51,342 nt of DNA from an uncultured Bifidobacterium sp. (GCA_964655115.1 CAZZKM010000004.1:1-51342), one strand, 5' to 3'; shown: positions 9,575 through 21,791, counted from the first letter of the stretch. A program made the numbers and translations. The notes: generated by a model not told the origin, from the letters alone.

Positions 9575-10114
9575 TTACTTACCAGCCTTTCCAGCTTTAC
9601 GTCTAATAACCTCGGTATCAAAGCGCACACCTTTACCTTTGTAAGGATCTTGTTTGCGAAGTTTTCTTACTTTGGCAGCAGTTTCGCCTACCGCTTGTTT
9701 ATCAATTCCAAAGATATGAAACTTAGTTGGTGTTTCGACTTTGAATGTAATTCCTTCAGGTGCTTTAAATAAAACAGGGTGAGAATAACCTAAAGCAAAT
9801 TCCAGATCATTACCTTTTGGTGTTACTTTGTAACCAGTTCCAACAATTTCCAAAGTTTTAGAGTAACCATCAGTTACACCTTTAACCATATTTGCAACTA
9901 AAGAGCGAGCAAGACCATGTAATGCTTTGTTTTTTGTTTCATCATTTGCTCTTTCCAAAAGAAATGTTCCATCATCATTTTTCTTTATAGAAATAGTTTC
10001 TGGTAGATCAATACTTAATTGTCCCTTTGGACCTTTAACATCTACTTTTTTGCCTGAGATGTTTACTTCCACACCGTTTGGCACACTTACTAATTTTTTA
10101 CCGACTCTAGACAT
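9575..10114 (-). CDS. rplF: 50S ribosomal protein L6
   Basis: MSRVGKK..., [16 protein letters not shown]. Confidence 0.98.
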   Translation of the reverse strand: MSRVGKKLVSVPNGVEVNISGKKVDVKGPKGQLSIDLPETISIKKNDDGTFLLERANDETKNKALHGLARSLVANMVKGVTDGYSKTLEIVGTGYKVTPKGNDLEFALGYSHPVLFKAPEGITFKVETPTKFHIFGIDKQAVGETAAKVRKLRKQDPYKGKGVRFDTEVIRRKAGKAGK

Positions 10115-10120
10115 TTTTAG

Positions 10121-10519
10121 TTACCAAACATAGGCAAGAACTTCTCCGCCTACGCCTTTCTTTGATGCCTCTTTATCGGTTAACAATCCACCTGAAGTTG
10201 AAATGATTGCAATTCCAAGTCCACCTAAAACTTTAGGTAGATTTTCACTTTTTGCATAAACTCTTAAACCTGGACGAGAAACTCTTCTCAAACCAGAAAT
10301 TGAACGTTCTCTGCTTGGACCATATTTAAGTTCTAAAACTAAAGCTTGACCAACTTTTGCTGGCTCTTCTTTGTAGCCTTTTATATAGCCTTCTTTAGTT
10401 AAAATTTCGGCAATATTTTTCTTTATTTTAGAAAATGGCATACTCACAGATTCATGATGAGCTGTGTTTGCATTACGCAAACGAGCTAACATGTCCGCGA
10501 TCGGATCTGTCATCGTCAT
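10121..10519 (-). CDS. rpsH: 30S ribosomal protein S8
   Basis: [36 protein letters not shown]. Confidence 0.98.
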   Translation of the reverse strand: MTMTDPIADMLARLRNANTAHHESVSMPFSKIKKNIAEILTKEGYIKGYKEEPAKVGQALVLELKYGPSRERSISGLRRVSRPGLRVYAKSENLPKVLGGLGIAIISTSGGLLTDKEASKKGVGGEVLAYVW

Positions 10520-10520
10520 T

Positions 10521-10568
10521 GGCTTTTTTAGCCTTTCTCGTTGTGGTTTCCTTCGAGGACCTGCAACG
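10521..10568 (-). promoter_or_regulatory. Structured RNA element in the rpsN-rpsH spacer (candidate r-protein leader)
   Basis: Minus strand CGTTG-CA-GGT-CCT-CGA-AGG-AA-ACC-A-CAACG, followed by the SD region and a GGCT-AAAAA-AGCC hairpin abutting the ATG. Confidence 0.5.
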
Positions 10569-10579
10569 TTAGTTTTTTA

Positions 10580-10765
10580 CTACCAACTGCTCTTGGTAAT
10601 TCCTGGAAGTTCACCTTTGTGTGCTTTGTTTCTAAAACAAATGCGACATAGGTTGAATTTTCTATAAACTGCACGTTGTCTTCCACATGCTCCACAACGT
10701 GTGTAAGCGCGCACTTTGAATTTTGGAGTGCGTTGCTGTTTTTGCTTTATAGAAGTCTTTGCCAT
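10580..10765 (-). CDS. rpsN: 30S ribosomal protein S14 (type Z, zinc-binding)
   Basis: RCGACGR...CRICFR has both CxxC pairs; 61 aa. Confidence 0.97.
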   Translation of the reverse strand: MAKTSIKQKQQRTPKFKVRAYTRCGACGRQRAVYRKFNLCRICFRNKAHKGELPGITKSSW

Positions 10766-10769
10766 TTAG

Positions 10770-11336
10770 TTATGCCTCCTTGAAAGGAAAACCAAGCAAT
10801 TTAAGCAATGCTCTTCCTTCATCATTATTAGTTGCAGTAGTCACAACAGTTATATCCATTCCACGAGGTCTATCAATTGAATCTTGTGGAACTTCAATAA
10901 ATACTGATTGTTCAGTTAAACCAAATGTGTAATTACCGTTTCCATCAAATTGTTTTGGAGATAATCCTCTGAAGTCTCTAATTCTTGGTAGACCAACAGC
11001 AAGAAGACGATCTAAGAATTCCCACATACGATCTCCACGCATAGTGACGTGTGCACCAATTGGTTGGTTTTCGCGAAGTTTAAAGTTTGCAATTGATTTT
11101 TTAGCTTTTGCTACAGATGGTTTTTGACCTGTGATCAAAGTTAAATCTCTAATTGCACCTTCAATAAGTTTTGAATCTTTGGCAGCTTCGCCAACACCCA
11201 TGTTCACCACGATTTTTGTTAAACGTGGAACTTGATTAACGTTTTTGAAACCGAATTCTTTTTGCAATGCTGGAGCAATATCAGTTAAATACTTTTGTTT
11301 TAAACGTGGTTTTTCACGTGTTTGAGTAGCAGTCAC
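10770..11336 (-). CDS. rplE: 50S ribosomal protein L5
   Basis: [30 protein letters not shown]. Confidence 0.98.
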   Translation of the reverse strand: MTATQTREKPRLKQKYLTDIAPALQKEFGFKNVNQVPRLTKIVVNMGVGEAAKDSKLIEGAIRDLTLITGQKPSVAKAKKSIANFKLRENQPIGAHVTMRGDRMWEFLDRLLAVGLPRIRDFRGLSPKQFDGNGNYTFGLTEQSVFIEVPQDSIDRPRGMDITVVTTATNNDEGRALLKLLGFPFKEA

Positions 11337-11337
11337 T

Positions 11338-11700
11338 TTATAGCTCCTTTCCGGTGCGAGCAGAAACTCTTACTAATCTGGTTGAGACATAAGTTGTGCC
11401 ATCTGATCTTTTCTTTTCAACTTTGTCTCTTCTTCTTTTAACTCTGGTGGGTTTGTTATCAGTTGGATCAACCACCATTACGTTGCTTGCATCAAGTGGT
11501 GCTTCGACAGTCAAAATTCCACCCGAAGTAGCTCCACGTTCTGCTTGAGCAACTTTGGTGTGTTTCTTAACTCGATTGACACCTTCAACTGTGACTAAGC
11601 CTTGGATTGGATCAACTTTTAGAACACGTCCTGTTGTGCCACGATCTTTGCCACTAATTACTTGTACTAAATCACCTTTTTTAATGTGCATGGAAGCCAT
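11338..11700 (-). CDS. rplX: 50S ribosomal protein L24
   Basis: [35 protein letters not shown]. Confidence 0.96.
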   Translation of the reverse strand: MASMHIKKGDLVQVISGKDRGTTGRVLKVDPIQGLVTVEGVNRVKKHTKVAQAERGATSGGILTVEAPLDASNVMVVDPTDNKPTRVKRRRDKVEKKRSDGTTYVSTRLVRVSARTGKEL

Positions 11701-12069
11701 TTATAAAACCTCCGGTGCTAGTGAAATAATTTTCATAAATTTTTTATCACGCAATTCTCTTCCCACAGGACCAAAAATACGGGTGCCGCGTGGTTCGTTA
11801 TCTTCTTTCAAGATAACTGCAGCGTTTTCATCAAAACGAATATAAGAACCATCTGCACGTCTTAGTTGTTTCACAATTCTTACAACAACTGCTTTGACAA
11901 CTTCACCTTTTTTGACAGTTCCACCTGGGATTGCATCTTTTACTGAACACACAATTACATCACCAATGCTTGCGTAACGTCTTTGTGAACCACCTAGCAC
12001 GCGAATACACAAAAGCTCTTTAGCTCCTGTGTTATCAGCGACTCTTAGTCGTGACTCTGCTTGAATCAT
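11701..12069 (-). CDS. rplN: 50S ribosomal protein L14
   Basis: [38 protein letters not shown]. Confidence 0.99.
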   Translation of the reverse strand: MIQAESRLRVADNTGAKELLCIRVLGGSQRRYASIGDVIVCSVKDAIPGGTVKKGEVVKAVVVRIVKQLRRADGSYIRFDENAAVILKEDNEPRGTRIFGPVGRELRDKKFMKIISLAPEVL

Positions 12070-12083
12070 TTTTTAATAATCCT

Positions 12084-12350
12084 TTACTTAGCTTTTTCCA
12101 AAATGCTGACCATGCGCCAACGCTTTGTTGCTGATAGTGGTCTTGTTTCCATCAATAAAACACGATCACCAATTCCTGCTTCATTCTTTTCATCGTGAGC
12201 TTTGAATTTTTTAGAACGTGAAATTACTTTTCCATAAAGTGAGTGAGTAAATTGTTCTTCAAGTTTTACCACAATGGTTTTATCCATTTTGTTTGAAACC
12301 ACAATTCCTTCAATAGTTTTTCTTGCGTTTCGTTTTACAGAGTTACTCAT
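12084..12350 (-). CDS. rpsQ: 30S ribosomal protein S17
   Basis: [25 protein letters not shown]. Confidence 0.97.
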   Translation of the reverse strand: MSNSVKRNARKTIEGIVVSNKMDKTIVVKLEEQFTHSLYGKVISRSKKFKAHDEKNEAGIGDRVLLMETRPLSATKRWRMVSILEKAK

Positions 12351-12580
12351 GCTGCACCTTCTGTATCAACTGGGGTAATTCCTAATTCTCTTTCACGCAA
12401 AATTGTGTAAATACGCGCAATTTCTGTTTTTACACTTCTTAAACGACCATGATTTTCCAACTGACCAGTTGCTGATTGGAAACGAAGATTAAACAATTCT
12501 TCTTTTGCTTCTTTTAATTTCTTGTTCAAATCTTCATTGGTTTGACCACGAAACTCTTGTGTTTTAGTAGCTTTAGCCAT
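12347..12580 (-). CDS. rpmC: 50S ribosomal protein L29
   Basis: [23 protein letters not shown]. Confidence 0.97.
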   Translation of the reverse strand: MAKATKTQEFRGQTNEDLNKKLKEAKEELFNLRFQSATGQLENHGRLRSVKTEIARIYTILRERELGITPVDTEGAA

Positions 12581-12582
12581 CT

Positions 12583-13002
12583 TTATCCCTCCACCACTTC
12601 ACGAGTGACGATTCGACATTTCATCGGTAATTTATGCATTGCTCTGGTTAGAGCTTCTCTTGCAACTTTTTCATCAGGAAAAGTAACTTCAAACATCACT
12701 CTGCCTGGTTTAACGTTTGCTACCCACCATTCAGGTGAACCCTTACCTGAACCCATACGAGTTTCAGCTGGTTTTTTAGTAAGTGGGCGATCTGGATAAA
12801 TATTGATCCAAACTTTTCCACCACGTTTTAAGTGTCTAGTCATTGCAATACGTGCAGCTTCAATTTGTCGGTTGGTGACATATGAACTGGTTAGTGCTTG
12901 CAATCCAAAATCACCAAATTCTATTTTTGTTGCACCTTTAGATTTACCGGCACGTTTTGGGTGATGTTGTTTTCTATGAGCAACTCTTTTTGGAATCAAC
13001 AT
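12583..13002 (-). CDS. rplP: 50S ribosomal protein L16
   Basis: [29 protein letters not shown]. Confidence 0.99.
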   Translation of the reverse strand: MLIPKRVAHRKQHHPKRAGKSKGATKIEFGDFGLQALTSSYVTNRQIEAARIAMTRHLKRGGKVWINIYPDRPLTKKPAETRMGSGKGSPEWWVANVKPGRVMFEVTFPDEKVAREALTRAMHKLPMKCRIVTREVVEG

Positions 13003-13005
13003 AAA

Positions 13006-13794
13006 TTACTCACCACTTCCTGATTCATTCTTTTCAGAAACTTTTTCTGCTTTTTCTTTCTTAGGTTTTCTTGATGGCTTTGTTTGTTTAGCTACTTGAA
13101 GAGCTTGTGCTTGAAGTTTTGCTTGTTGAGCTTTTGCTTCTTTTTCAGCTTTTGTTACTGGGGCATCACCTTTAAAGATCCAAACTTTGCAACCAATGCG
13201 ACCAAAAGTGGTGTGAGCTTCATGGAAACCAAATTCAATATTTGCTCTTAGAGTGTGTAAAGGAACTCTTCCTTCACGATAAAACTCTGAACGACTCATT
13301 TCTGCTCCACCTAAACGACCAGAAACTTGAACTCTAATTCCTTTTGCGCCACCTTTAAGTGCAGTTTGCATACCTTTTCTCATCGCACGTCTAAATGAAA
13401 CACGACTTGCTAATTGTTCTGCTACACCTTGAGCAACAAGTTGAGCATTAACTTCTGGGTTTTTTACTTCCAAAATGTTTAATTGAACTTGTTTACCGGT
13501 TAGTTTTTCTAAATCAATTCTGATGCGATCTGCTTCTTGTCCACGACGACCAATCACAATTCCTGGGCGTGCTGTGTGAATATCAATTCTTACTCTTTCA
13601 CGAGTTCTTTCAATATCAACATGACTAATTCCAGCTCTTTCCATACCAGCTGTTAATTTTTCACGAATTAAAATATCTTCCTTTATATAGTCTTGATATC
13701 TTTCACCTTTTTTGGTTGAGTCTGCAAACCATTTGCTGGTGTAATCAGAGGTATATCCCAAACGGAAGCCATGTGGGTTAACTTTTTGACCCAT
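13006..13794 (-). CDS. rpsC: 30S ribosomal protein S3
   Basis: [35 protein letters not shown]. Confidence 0.99.
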   Translation of the reverse strand: MGQKVNPHGFRLGYTSDYTSKWFADSTKKGERYQDYIKEDILIREKLTAGMERAGISHVDIERTRERVRIDIHTARPGIVIGRRGQEADRIRIDLEKLTGKQVQLNILEVKNPEVNAQLVAQGVAEQLASRVSFRRAMRKGMQTALKGGAKGIRVQVSGRLGGAEMSRSEFYREGRVPLHTLRANIEFGFHEAHTTFGRIGCKVWIFKGDAPVTKAEKEAKAQQAKLQAQALQVAKQTKPSRKPKKEKAEKVSEKNESGSGE

Positions 13795-14342
13795 TAGTTA
13801 TTGCCTCCTTCTGTTTTCTTGGTAGTTTTTTTCGCTACAGCTTTTTTCGCAGTTTTCTTTGCAGGTGCTTTCTTTGCTGTTTCAACAACTTCAGCTGCTT
13901 TTGCAGGAGCAACTTTTGCTACTGCTTGGACTTTTTTAGTTTCAACGCTTTGTTTTGACTTTGGTTTATTTGGACGTCTGCCAGGTTTTCTTCTTGGTGC
14001 AGATCCTTGTGGTTCCAAAATTAAAGTTATGTGGGAAGTTCTTTTATCAATTCTATAAGCTCTACCTTGTGCACGAGGTCTAATTCTTTTCATTGTTGGA
14101 CCTTCGTCAACAAATGCTTCTGCTACATACAAAGTTGCAGGATCAACATTTAAATTATTTTTTGCATTTGCCATTGCAGAATTTAAAACTTTTCCAACAG
14201 TTTCACTTGCTGCTTGTTCAGCATATTTCAAAACAGCTTGGGCTTCTCTGGCAGAAAGTCCACGAATTAAATTAACCACACGACGTGCTTTCATCGGTGT
14301 GATTCGCACGAAACGTGCTGATGCTCTAGATTCCATTGTCAT
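13794..14342 (-). CDS. rplV: 50S ribosomal protein L22 with a Lys/Ala-rich C-terminal extension
   Basis: [23 protein letters not shown], then about 70 aa of K/A/P-rich tail. Confidence 0.97.
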   Translation of the reverse strand: MTMESRASARFVRITPMKARRVVNLIRGLSAREAQAVLKYAEQAASETVGKVLNSAMANAKNNLNVDPATLYVAEAFVDEGPTMKRIRPRAQGRAYRIDKRTSHITLILEPQGSAPRRKPGRRPNKPKSKQSVETKKVQAVAKVAPAKAAEVVETAKKAPAKKTAKKAVAKKTTKKTEGGNN

Positions 14343-14348
14343 AATCCT

Positions 14349-14633
14349 TTATTCGTTTGTTGCTTTCTTGTCATCGCCCTTAACGTGTCCACGAAAAGTT
14401 CTGGTTGGAGCAAATTCGCCAAGTTTATGTCCGACCATTTGTTCTGTAATAAAAACTGGAATATGTTTTTTGCCATCATGAACTGCAATGGTGTGACCAA
14501 GCATGTCAGGAATAATCATGGAACGACGTGACCAAGATTTAATAACATTTTTGGTTTTCTTTTCATTTTGATCATTCACTTTTTTCAACAAGTGAGCATC
14601 AACAAATGGACCTTTTTTCAAACTTCTAGCCAT
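14349..14633 (-). CDS. rpsS: 30S ribosomal protein S19
   Basis: [25 protein letters not shown]. Confidence 0.99.
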   Translation of the reverse strand: MARSLKKGPFVDAHLLKKVNDQNEKKTKNVIKSWSRRSMIIPDMLGHTIAVHDGKKHIPVFITEQMVGHKLGEFAPTRTFRGHVKGDDKKATNE

Positions 14634-15478
14634 TACTTAGCACTCCTTGCTTTGTTTGCTGGACGACGTCTGACAATAAATTTTTGTGAAGCTTTGTTTG
14701 GTCTACGAGTACGACCTTCTGGTTTACCTGAAGGATTAACAGGATGACGACCACCTGAGGTTTTTCCTTCACCACCACCGTGAGGATGATCAACTGGGTT
14801 CATTACAACACCACGCACAGTTGGTCGAACACCTTTCCAACGTTTACGTCCTGCTTTACCCCAACTGATATTGGATTGTTCAGCATTGCCGACTTCGCCA
14901 ACAGTTGCACGACATCTAACATCAACGCTTCTAATTTCGCCAGATGGAAGTCGTAATTGTGCAAGTTGACCTTCTTTAGCAACTAATTGCACACTTGCTC
15001 CAGCTGAACGTGCCATCTTGGCACCTCCACCAGGACGCAATTCCACAGCGTGAATCACTGTACCTACTGGAATATTTCTAATTGGCAAATTGTTTCCTGG
15101 TTTGATATCTGCATTTGGACCAGTTTCAATTGGATCATTTTGTTTTAATTTATTTGGAGCAAGAATGTATCTTTTTTCTCCATCAGCAAAATGAATCAAA
15201 GCAATACGAGCAGTTCTGTTTGGATCGTATTCAATGTGAGCAACTTTTGCTGGAACTCCGTCTTTGTCTAAACGTTTGAAATCAACGACGCGATAAGCGC
15301 GTTTGTGTCCGCCACCTTGATGACGAGTGGTAATTCTTCCTTGATTATTTCTGCCACCTTTGGAATTAATTGGCTTTATCAAAGATTTTTCAGGTGTTGA
15401 ACGAGTCAGTTCTGAAAAGTCAGCAACACTTGCACCACGATTAGATGGTGTTGTTGGTTTTAATTTTCTAATACCCAT
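14633..15478 (-). CDS. rplB: 50S ribosomal protein L2
   Basis: [31 protein letters not shown]. Confidence 0.99.
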   Translation of the reverse strand: MGIRKLKPTTPSNRGASVADFSELTRSTPEKSLIKPINSKGGRNNQGRITTRHQGGGHKRAYRVVDFKRLDKDGVPAKVAHIEYDPNRTARIALIHFADGEKRYILAPNKLKQNDPIETGPNADIKPGNNLPIRNIPVGTVIHAVELRPGGGAKMARSAGASVQLVAKEGQLAQLRLPSGEIRSVDVRCRATVGEVGNAEQSNISWGKAGRKRWKGVRPTVRGVVMNPVDHPHGGGEGKTSGGRHPVNPSGKPEGRTRRPNKASQKFIVRRRPANKARSAK

Positions 15479-15496
15479 TTTTGTTCAACCTCCCTT

Positions 15497-15796
15497 TTAA
15501 GCACTTGGCGCATTAAATATGTCAATTCGATCCCCTTGCGCAAGAGAAACAATTGCTCTTTTAGTGTCAGATCTTGATCCTTCACCAAAACGAGTGCGGT
15601 AAGTTTTACCTTTTCTGTTAAGTGTGTTAACACTTAAAACTTTTACGTTGAATAATTTTTCAACAGCTTGTCTAATTTGAGTTTTATTTGCATCTTTTCT
15701 TACTAAGAAGGTGTACTTGTTTTCATCCAAAAGTGAATAACTTTTTTCTGAAACTACTGGTGCTATTAAAACTTTTCTTAAATCATTTGGATTCAT
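15497..15796 (-). CDS. rplW: 50S ribosomal protein L23
   Basis: [33 protein letters not shown]. Confidence 0.97.
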   Translation of the reverse strand: MNPNDLRKVLIAPVVSEKSYSLLDENKYTFLVRKDANKTQIRQAVEKLFNVKVLSVNTLNRKGKTYRTRFGEGSRSDTKRAIVSLAQGDRIDIFNAPSA

Positions 15797-16477
15797 TTAT
15801 GCACCAACCTCTGCATCAGTTGAGCGACCTACAGCACTTGCAGATTTTCCAGTTCGTGGACCATTCAAAAATTCTTCTAAAGCTAATTTGGTAAACACAA
15901 CATCATCGGCATTTAAAACATCATAAGTATTTAATTGTCCAGGAGAAACCACGTGTAATTCTTTAACATTTCTTAAAGAAAACCAGCCAACTAATTCATT
16001 TAATGAAACGATAACTAAAACTTTTTTACCTTTTGCAACATTTCGAACTGCTTTTACACCTTGTTTTGTTGAGGGTTTGTCACCTTCGACAATTGCAGAC
16101 AAAATATGAATTTGGTTTTCTCTTGCTCTATCACTTAAAGCAGATCTAAGCGCTGCTAATTTCATTTTCTTTGGTGTTCTTTGTTCGTAATCTCTTGGTG
16201 AAATTGAGTGAACATGTCCACCACCTGTCCATTGTGGAGAACGAATAGAACCTTGACGAGCATTACCAGTTCCTTTTTGCTTATAAGGTTTCTTTCCACC
16301 ACCGGAAACATCTGAATGTGATTTAGTTTTTTGAGTACCTTGTCTTGCTGCTGCTAATTGTGCTGTGACAACTTGGTGCATTAATGGCACGTTTACTTGG
16401 CAATCAAAAATATCTGCAGGCAATTCCATATTTCCTGCACTTGTTCCTGTTGGAGAAGTAATTTGTACGCTAGGCAT
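15797..16477 (-). CDS. rplD: 50S ribosomal protein L4
   Basis: GGGKKPYKQKGTGNARQGSIRSPQWTGGG. Confidence 0.98.
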   Translation of the reverse strand: MPSVQITSPTGTSAGNMELPADIFDCQVNVPLMHQVVTAQLAAARQGTQKTKSHSDVSGGGKKPYKQKGTGNARQGSIRSPQWTGGGHVHSISPRDYEQRTPKKMKLAALRSALSDRARENQIHILSAIVEGDKPSTKQGVKAVRNVAKGKKVLVIVSLNELVGWFSLRNVKELHVVSPGQLNTYDVLNADDVVFTKLALEEFLNGPRTGKSASAVGRSTDAEVGA

Positions 16478-17142
16478 TATTTTTTACCTGCCTTAACAAT
16501 TTGAGTTTTGGCAGCAGATCTAACTAAAACTAAAGAACCAATTGGACCTGGCACTGCACCTTTAACAAGAATTAAATTATTTTCAGGATCTATTTGAGCA
16601 ATTGTCATGTTCACTGTGGTAACACGATCTGAACCCATACGTCCTGCCATTTTTAAACCTTTGAAAACTCTGCCTGGAGTTGAGTTTGCACCAACTGAAC
16701 CTGGAGATCTGTGTTTTCTTTCCACACCGTGTGATGCACGAAGTCCATGGAAACCATGACGTTTCATAACACCAGCAAAACCTTTACCTTTGCTAGTTCC
16801 AGTTACATCAACTGCTTCACCTGCTGCAAATAAATCTGCATTAATTTCTTGGCCAAGTGTGTAATTGTTTGCATCAAGAGTTCTAATTTCTACAACGTGT
16901 CTTCTAGGAGTTACACCTGCTTTTGCAAAGTGACCTTTTTCAGGTTTATTAACTTTTCTTGGATCAATTTCACCAAAAGCTAATTGCACTGCAGAGTAGC
17001 CATCTTCTTCTTTAGTTCTAACTTTGGTGACAACATTTGGACCAGCTTTAATCACAGTTACAGGAACTACTTTGTTTGCTTCATCCCATACTTGAGTCAT
17101 ACCAAGTTTTTCTCCCAATATGCCTTTTACATTACGATCCAT
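16477..17142 (-). CDS. rplC: 50S ribosomal protein L3
   Basis: [39 protein letters not shown]. Confidence 0.98.
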   Translation of the reverse strand: MDRNVKGILGEKLGMTQVWDEANKVVPVTVIKAGPNVVTKVRTKEEDGYSAVQLAFGEIDPRKVNKPEKGHFAKAGVTPRRHVVEIRTLDANNYTLGQEINADLFAAGEAVDVTGTSKGKGFAGVMKRHGFHGLRASHGVERKHRSPGSVGANSTPGRVFKGLKMAGRMGSDRVTTVNMTIAQIDPENNLILVKGAVPGPIGSLVLVRSAAKTQIVKAGKK

Positions 17143-17162
17143 TTGTTCATCACCTCTTTTCT

Positions 17163-17471
17163 TTACAACTTAATTTCAATATCAACACCGGCTGGTAGGT
17201 CCAGACGCATTAGTGAATCAACAGTTTTTGGAGTTGGATCCAAAATGTCGATAAGTCTTTTGTGTGTTCTCATTTCAAAATGTTCGCGAGAATCTTTATA
17301 TTTAAAAGGGGAACGAATAACTACGTAAACATTTTTTTCAGTAGGAAGCGGTACAGGACCAGCAACCTTTGCACCAGTTTTAGTCACTGTTTCAACGATT
17401 TTTTTCGCTGAAGAATCAATGACCTCATGGTCGTAGGCTTTGAGCCTAATACGGATTTTTTGTCCGGCCAT
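17163..17471 (-). CDS. rpsJ: 30S ribosomal protein S10
   Basis: [32 protein letters not shown]. Confidence 0.99.
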   Translation of the reverse strand: MAGQKIRIRLKAYDHEVIDSSAKKIVETVTKTGAKVAGPVPLPTEKNVYVVIRSPFKYKDSREHFEMRTHKRLIDILDPTPKTVDSLMRLDLPAGVDIEIKL

Positions 17472-17516
17472 TTGGTTTTGCTTCTCTACTTTCTTTTCTA
17501 GTCTCTTTTTGTTGGC

Positions 17517-17551
17517 TTCAAGCGGAGTAAGTTTTGCCCACTCCGCCTGAA
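17517..17551 (-). other. Stable RNA hairpin between tuf and rpsJ (no downstream U-tract)
   Basis: Minus strand TTCAGGCGGAGTGGGC-AAAA-CTTACTCCGCTTGAA forms about 15 bp including three G-U pairs, and is followed by an A-rich tract. Confidence 0.7.
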
Positions 17552-17569
17552 AATCAACGGGTTCGTTAA

Positions 17570-18760
17570 TTACTTAACGATTTTTGTAACTCTTCCTGCT
17601 CCTACTGTGCGGCCACCTTCACGAATTGCAAAACGAAGACCATCTTCCATTGCAATTGGTTGAATTAATTCAACTTTCATTTCAGTGTTGTCGCCTGGCA
17701 TAACCATTTCGACACCGTTTGGTAGTTGGCAAACACCAGTCACGTCAGTTGTACGGAAGTAGAACTGTGGACGGTAGTTATTGAAGAATGGAGTGTGACG
17801 TCCACCTTCGTCTTTGCTCAAAATATAAACTTGAGCTTCGAAATTTGTGTGAGGTGTTGCTGAACCTGGTTTAACAACAACCATTCCGCGCTCAACATCT
17901 TCTCTCTTGGTTCCGCGAAGTAACAAACCAACGTTTTCGCCAGCTTGACCTTCATCAAGAAGTTTGCGGAACATTTCAATTCCAGTAACGATGGTCTTTT
18001 GTGAAGTTTCACGAATACCTACGATTTCAACTTCTTCGTTAACTTTTACTTGACCACGTTCAATACGACCAGTGATAACTGTTCCACGACCAGTGATGGT
18101 GAAAACATCTTCAACTGGCATAAGGAATGGTTTATCAATTTCGCGTTTTGGTGTTGGAATGAATGAGTCAACTGCACCCATAAGTTCCATAATTGAATCT
18201 GCCCATTTTGCATCGCCTTCCAAAGCCTTTAATGCTGAGATGCGAACAATTGGAGTATCTTTTCCTGGGAATTCATACTTGTTTAGAAGTTCTCTAATTT
18301 CTTCTTCAACAAGTTCTAATAAATCTGGATCTGCTGTGTCGCACTTATTTAATGCAACAACGATTGCAGGTACACCAACTTGGCGTGCCAACAAAACGTG
18401 TTCTTTTGTTTGTGGCATTGGTCCGTCAGTTCCTGCAACTACAAGGATTGCTCCGTCCATCTGTGCTGCACCAGTAATCATGTTCTTGATGTAGTCAGCG
18501 TGTCCAGGGCAGTCAACGTGTGCATAGTGACGTGCTTCTGTTTGGTATTCGACGTGTGCAATCGAAATGGTGATACCGCGTTGACGCTCTTCAGGAGCTT
18601 TGTCAATTTGGTCGAACGGAGTAAATGGATTTACATCCGGATATTTGTCGTGTAGCACCTTGGTTATCGCCGCGGTCAATGTGGTTTTGCCGTGGTCGAT
18701 GTGGCCGATGGTGCCGATATTTACGTGCGGTTTTGTACGCTCGAATTTGGCCTTTGCCAC
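17570..18760 (-). CDS. tuf: Elongation factor Tu
   Basis: [40 protein letters not shown] start. Confidence 0.99.
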   Translation of the reverse strand: MAKAKFERTKPHVNIGTIGHIDHGKTTLTAAITKVLHDKYPDVNPFTPFDQIDKAPEERQRGITISIAHVEYQTEARHYAHVDCPGHADYIKNMITGAAQMDGAILVVAGTDGPMPQTKEHVLLARQVGVPAIVVALNKCDTADPDLLELVEEEIRELLNKYEFPGKDTPIVRISALKALEGDAKWADSIMELMGAVDSFIPTPKREIDKPFLMPVEDVFTITGRGTVITGRIERGQVKVNEEVEIVGIRETSQKTIVTGIEMFRKLLDEGQAGENVGLLLRGTKREDVERGMVVVKPGSATPHTNFEAQVYILSKDEGGRHTPFFNNYRPQFYFRTTDVTGVCQLPNGVEMVMPGDNTEMKVELIQPIAMEDGLRFAIREGGRTVGAGRVTKIVK

Positions 18761-18834
18761 TTTGCTTCTCCTCTGACCTGCGTTTTTTTATTCCGAATTT
18801 TTAGCAGTTTGCTAATGATCCGGATCTTTCTTTC

Positions 18835-20934
18835 TTACTCGCCGCGAACCTTGGCAACAATTTCTTTCGAAACTGCATCTGGAACTTGCGCGTAAGAATG
18901 AAACTGCATTGTGTAACTTGCACGTCCTTGTGTTTTAGAACGTAAGTCACCTACGTAACCAAACATTTCACTTAATGGAACTAAAGCTTTAACAACTCTT
19001 GCGCCAGCTCTTTCGTCCATTGCTTGAATTTGGCCACGACGTGAATTCAAATCTCCAATTACATCTCCCATGAAATCTTCAGGAGTTACAACTTCAACAT
19101 CCATCATTGGTTCTAACAAAACTGGATGTGCTTTTCTGGCTGCTTCTTTAAATGCCATTGATCCTGCAATTTTGAATGCAAGTTCGGAAGAGTCAACATC
19201 ATGGTAAGCACCATCTTGCAAAGTTACTTTGATATCAACCATTTGATATCCAGCTAAAACTCCATTAGTCATTGCTTCTTGTGCGCCATCATCAACTGAA
19301 GGAATATATTCTCTTGGAATACGTCCACCTGTTACTTTATTAATGAATTCATAACCGCCACCTTCAGTGAGGTTTGGTTCAATATCAACAATTACGCGAG
19401 CAAATTGTCCAGCACCACCAGATTGTTTCTTATGGGTGTAATCAACTTTTTCAACTTTTTTAGTAATTGTTTCTCTGTATGCAACTTGAGGTTTACCAAC
19501 ATTTGCTTCAACTTTAAATTCTCTCTTCATGCGATCTACTAAAACTTCAAGGTGCAATTCACCCATTCCACCAATAATGGTTTGACCGGTTTCTTCATCT
19601 CCACGAACATGGAAGGTTGGATCTTCTTCTGCAAGTCTTTGAATAGCTGTGGCAAGTTTGTCTTGATCGTTCTTAGTTTTTGGTTCAATTGCTACGTGAA
19701 TAACTGGATCTGGGAAATCCATTGATTCCAGAACAACTGGTTTATCCATGTCACATAAGGTGTCTCCAGTTGTGGTGTCTTTTAGACCCATTACCGCAAC
19801 AATGGAACCTGCTGAAGCTGATTCTTTTTCATCACGCTTATTTGCGTGCATTTGATAAATTTTTCCAATTCTTTCTTTTCTATCTTTGGTGCTATTTAAT
19901 ACACCTGTGCCTGGTTCTAATTTTCCAGAATAAATTCTTATGTAAGTTAATTTTCCAAGATGAGGATCACTCATAATTTTGAAAGCTAAAGCAGAAAATG
20001 GTTCGGTATCTGATGGAGATCTTTCAATTTCAACTGAAGAATCGCCTTGTTTAAATCCTTTGATTGAACCAATATCTAATGGAGATGGAAGGTAACGAGT
20101 TACCGCATCCAACATTTGTTGCACACCTTTGTTTTTAAAGGCTGATCCCATAATTACGGGAACTACTGTGAAGTTAACTGTGCCTTTTCTAATTGCGGCA
20201 ATTATTTGTTCTGTTGAAGGTTCTTTTTCTTCCATGAACAATTCCATAATTGAATCGTCAACGTCAGCTAACTTTTCAATCATTTCTGCTCTTTTAGCTT
20301 TTGCTTCTTCCAACATGTTGGCAGGAATTTCTTCAGTTCTAAATTCATCACCTTTGTTTGCTTCTAAATCCCAAACGTAGGCTTTCATATCGATTAGATC
20401 TACGATTCCAGCAAATTCACTTTCAGTTCCAATTGGAAGTTGAAGTAAAACAACTGGAGCACTTAATCTTTCAATCAACATGTCGTAAGTGCGGGTGTAA
20501 ACAGCACCTGTTCTATCTAATTTGTTGATAAATGCAATTCTTGGAACTTTGTAACGATCAGCTTGGCGCCAAACTGTTTCAGATTGTGGTTCAACTCCAG
20601 CAACACCATCAAATACTGCAACTGCGCCGTCTAAAACTCTTAGAGATCTTTCAACTTCAACAGTGAAATCTACGTGGCCTGGGGTATCGATGATGTTAAT
20701 TGTGTGATCTTTCCAAGTACAAGTAGTTGCAGCAGAAGTAATAGTGATTCCGCGTTCTTGTTCTTGTGGCATCCAGTCCATAGTTGCTGCGCCATCATGA
20801 ACTTCACCAATTTTGTAATTAACACCTGTGTAGAAAAGAATTCTTTCAGTGGTTGTAGTTTTACCAGCATCAATGTGAGCCATGATGCCAATATTTCTGG
20901 TCTTGGCTAAATCTAATTGAGTTCCGGTTGCCAC
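18835..20934 (-). CDS. fusA: Elongation factor G
   Basis: [39 protein letters not shown]. Confidence 0.99.
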   Translation of the reverse strand: MATGTQLDLAKTRNIGIMAHIDAGKTTTTERILFYTGVNYKIGEVHDGAATMDWMPQEQERGITITSAATTCTWKDHTINIIDTPGHVDFTVEVERSLRVLDGAVAVFDGVAGVEPQSETVWRQADRYKVPRIAFINKLDRTGAVYTRTYDMLIERLSAPVVLLQLPIGTESEFAGIVDLIDMKAYVWDLEANKGDEFRTEEIPANMLEEAKAKRAEMIEKLADVDDSIMELFMEEKEPSTEQIIAAIRKGTVNFTVVPVIMGSAFKNKGVQQMLDAVTRYLPSPLDIGSIKGFKQGDSSVEIERSPSDTEPFSALAFKIMSDPHLGKLTYIRIYSGKLEPGTGVLNSTKDRKERIGKIYQMHANKRDEKESASAGSIVAVMGLKDTTTGDTLCDMDKPVVLESMDFPDPVIHVAIEPKTKNDQDKLATAIQRLAEEDPTFHVRGDEETGQTIIGGMGELHLEVLVDRMKREFKVEANVGKPQVAYRETITKKVEKVDYTHKKQSGGAGQFARVIVDIEPNLTEGGGYEFINKVTGGRIPREYIPSVDDGAQEAMTNGVLAGYQMVDIKVTLQDGAYHDVDSSELAFKIAGSMAFKEAARKAHPVLLEPMMDVEVVTPEDFMGDVIGDLNSRRGQIQAMDERAGARVVKALVPLSEMFGYVGDLRSKTQGRASYTMQFHSYAQVPDAVSKEIVAKVRGE

Positions 20935-20946
20935 TTTAATTTTCCT

Positions 20947-21417
20947 TTACCAGCGATAGTGAGCAAATGCTTTATTTGCTTCAGCCATCTTGTGAGTGTC
21001 TTCGCGTTTTTTAACTGATGCACCTAAACCATTTGATGCATCTAAAATTTCATTTGTTAATCTTTCGGTCATTGATTTTTCTCTACGTTCACGTGAGTAA
21101 TCAACTAACCATCTCAATGCAAGTGCGGTTGCTCTTGCAGGTTTTACTTCAACTGGAACTTGATAAGTTGCTCCACCAACTCTTCTTGATTTAACTTCAA
21201 CTGTTGGTTTGATATTTTCTAAAGCTTTTTTCAAAATTGTTAATGCGTCAGTTCCACTTTTATCTTTTGCACCATTTAATGCACCATAAACAATTGATTC
21301 TGCAGTTGATTTTTTACCACGAGATAAAATTTTGTTAACTAATTGTGTAATTAATGGAGAATTATAAACTGGATCAGAAACTAATGGACGTTTTAAAGCA
21401 GGACCTTTACGTGGCAT
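20947..21417 (-). CDS. rpsG: 30S ribosomal protein S7
   Basis: [27 protein letters not shown]. Confidence 0.99.
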   Translation of the reverse strand: MPRKGPALKRPLVSDPVYNSPLITQLVNKILSRGKKSTAESIVYGALNGAKDKSGTDALTILKKALENIKPTVEVKSRRVGGATYQVPVEVKPARATALALRWLVDYSRERREKSMTERLTNEILDASNGLGASVKKREDTHKMAEANKAFAHYRW

Positions 21418-21791
21418 TAACTTTTCTCTTTCTTTGCACCATAACGGCTGCGAGCTTGCTTACGATCCTTCACACCTTGTGTATCTAGTGCGCCACGAAT
21501 AATTTTGTAACGAACACCTGGCAAATCTTTTACACGACCACCACGAACTAAAACAATTGAATGTTCTTGCAAATTATGTCCAACACCTGGAATATATGCA
21601 GTTACTTCCATTCCGGAAGATAAACGAACACGTGCAACTTTTCTTAATGCAGAATTAGGTTTTTTTGGAGTTGTTGTATAAACGCGAGTACAAACTCCTC
21701 TGCGTTGAGGTGAACCTTTTAACGCAGGAGTTTTACTCTTAGCCGATTTTTCAATACGACCTTTGCGTACGAGTTGTTGAATCGTAGGCAC
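21417..21791 (-). CDS. rpsL: 30S ribosomal protein S12
   Basis: [28 protein letters not shown] start. Confidence 0.99.
   Translation of the reverse strand: MPTIQQLVRKGRIEKSAKSKTPALKGSPQRRGVCTRVYTTTPKKPNSALRKVARVRLSSGMEVTAYIPGVGHNLQEHSIVLVRGGRVKDLPGVRYKIIRGALDTQGVKDRKQARSRYGAKKEKS

Noticed and set aside
7201-20910. Many 60-140 aa alternative-frame ORFs over secY, r-protein genes, tuf and fusA
   Set aside because: They lie antisense or out-of-frame within highly conserved genes, with no SD and no family motifs. This is expected from codon bias.
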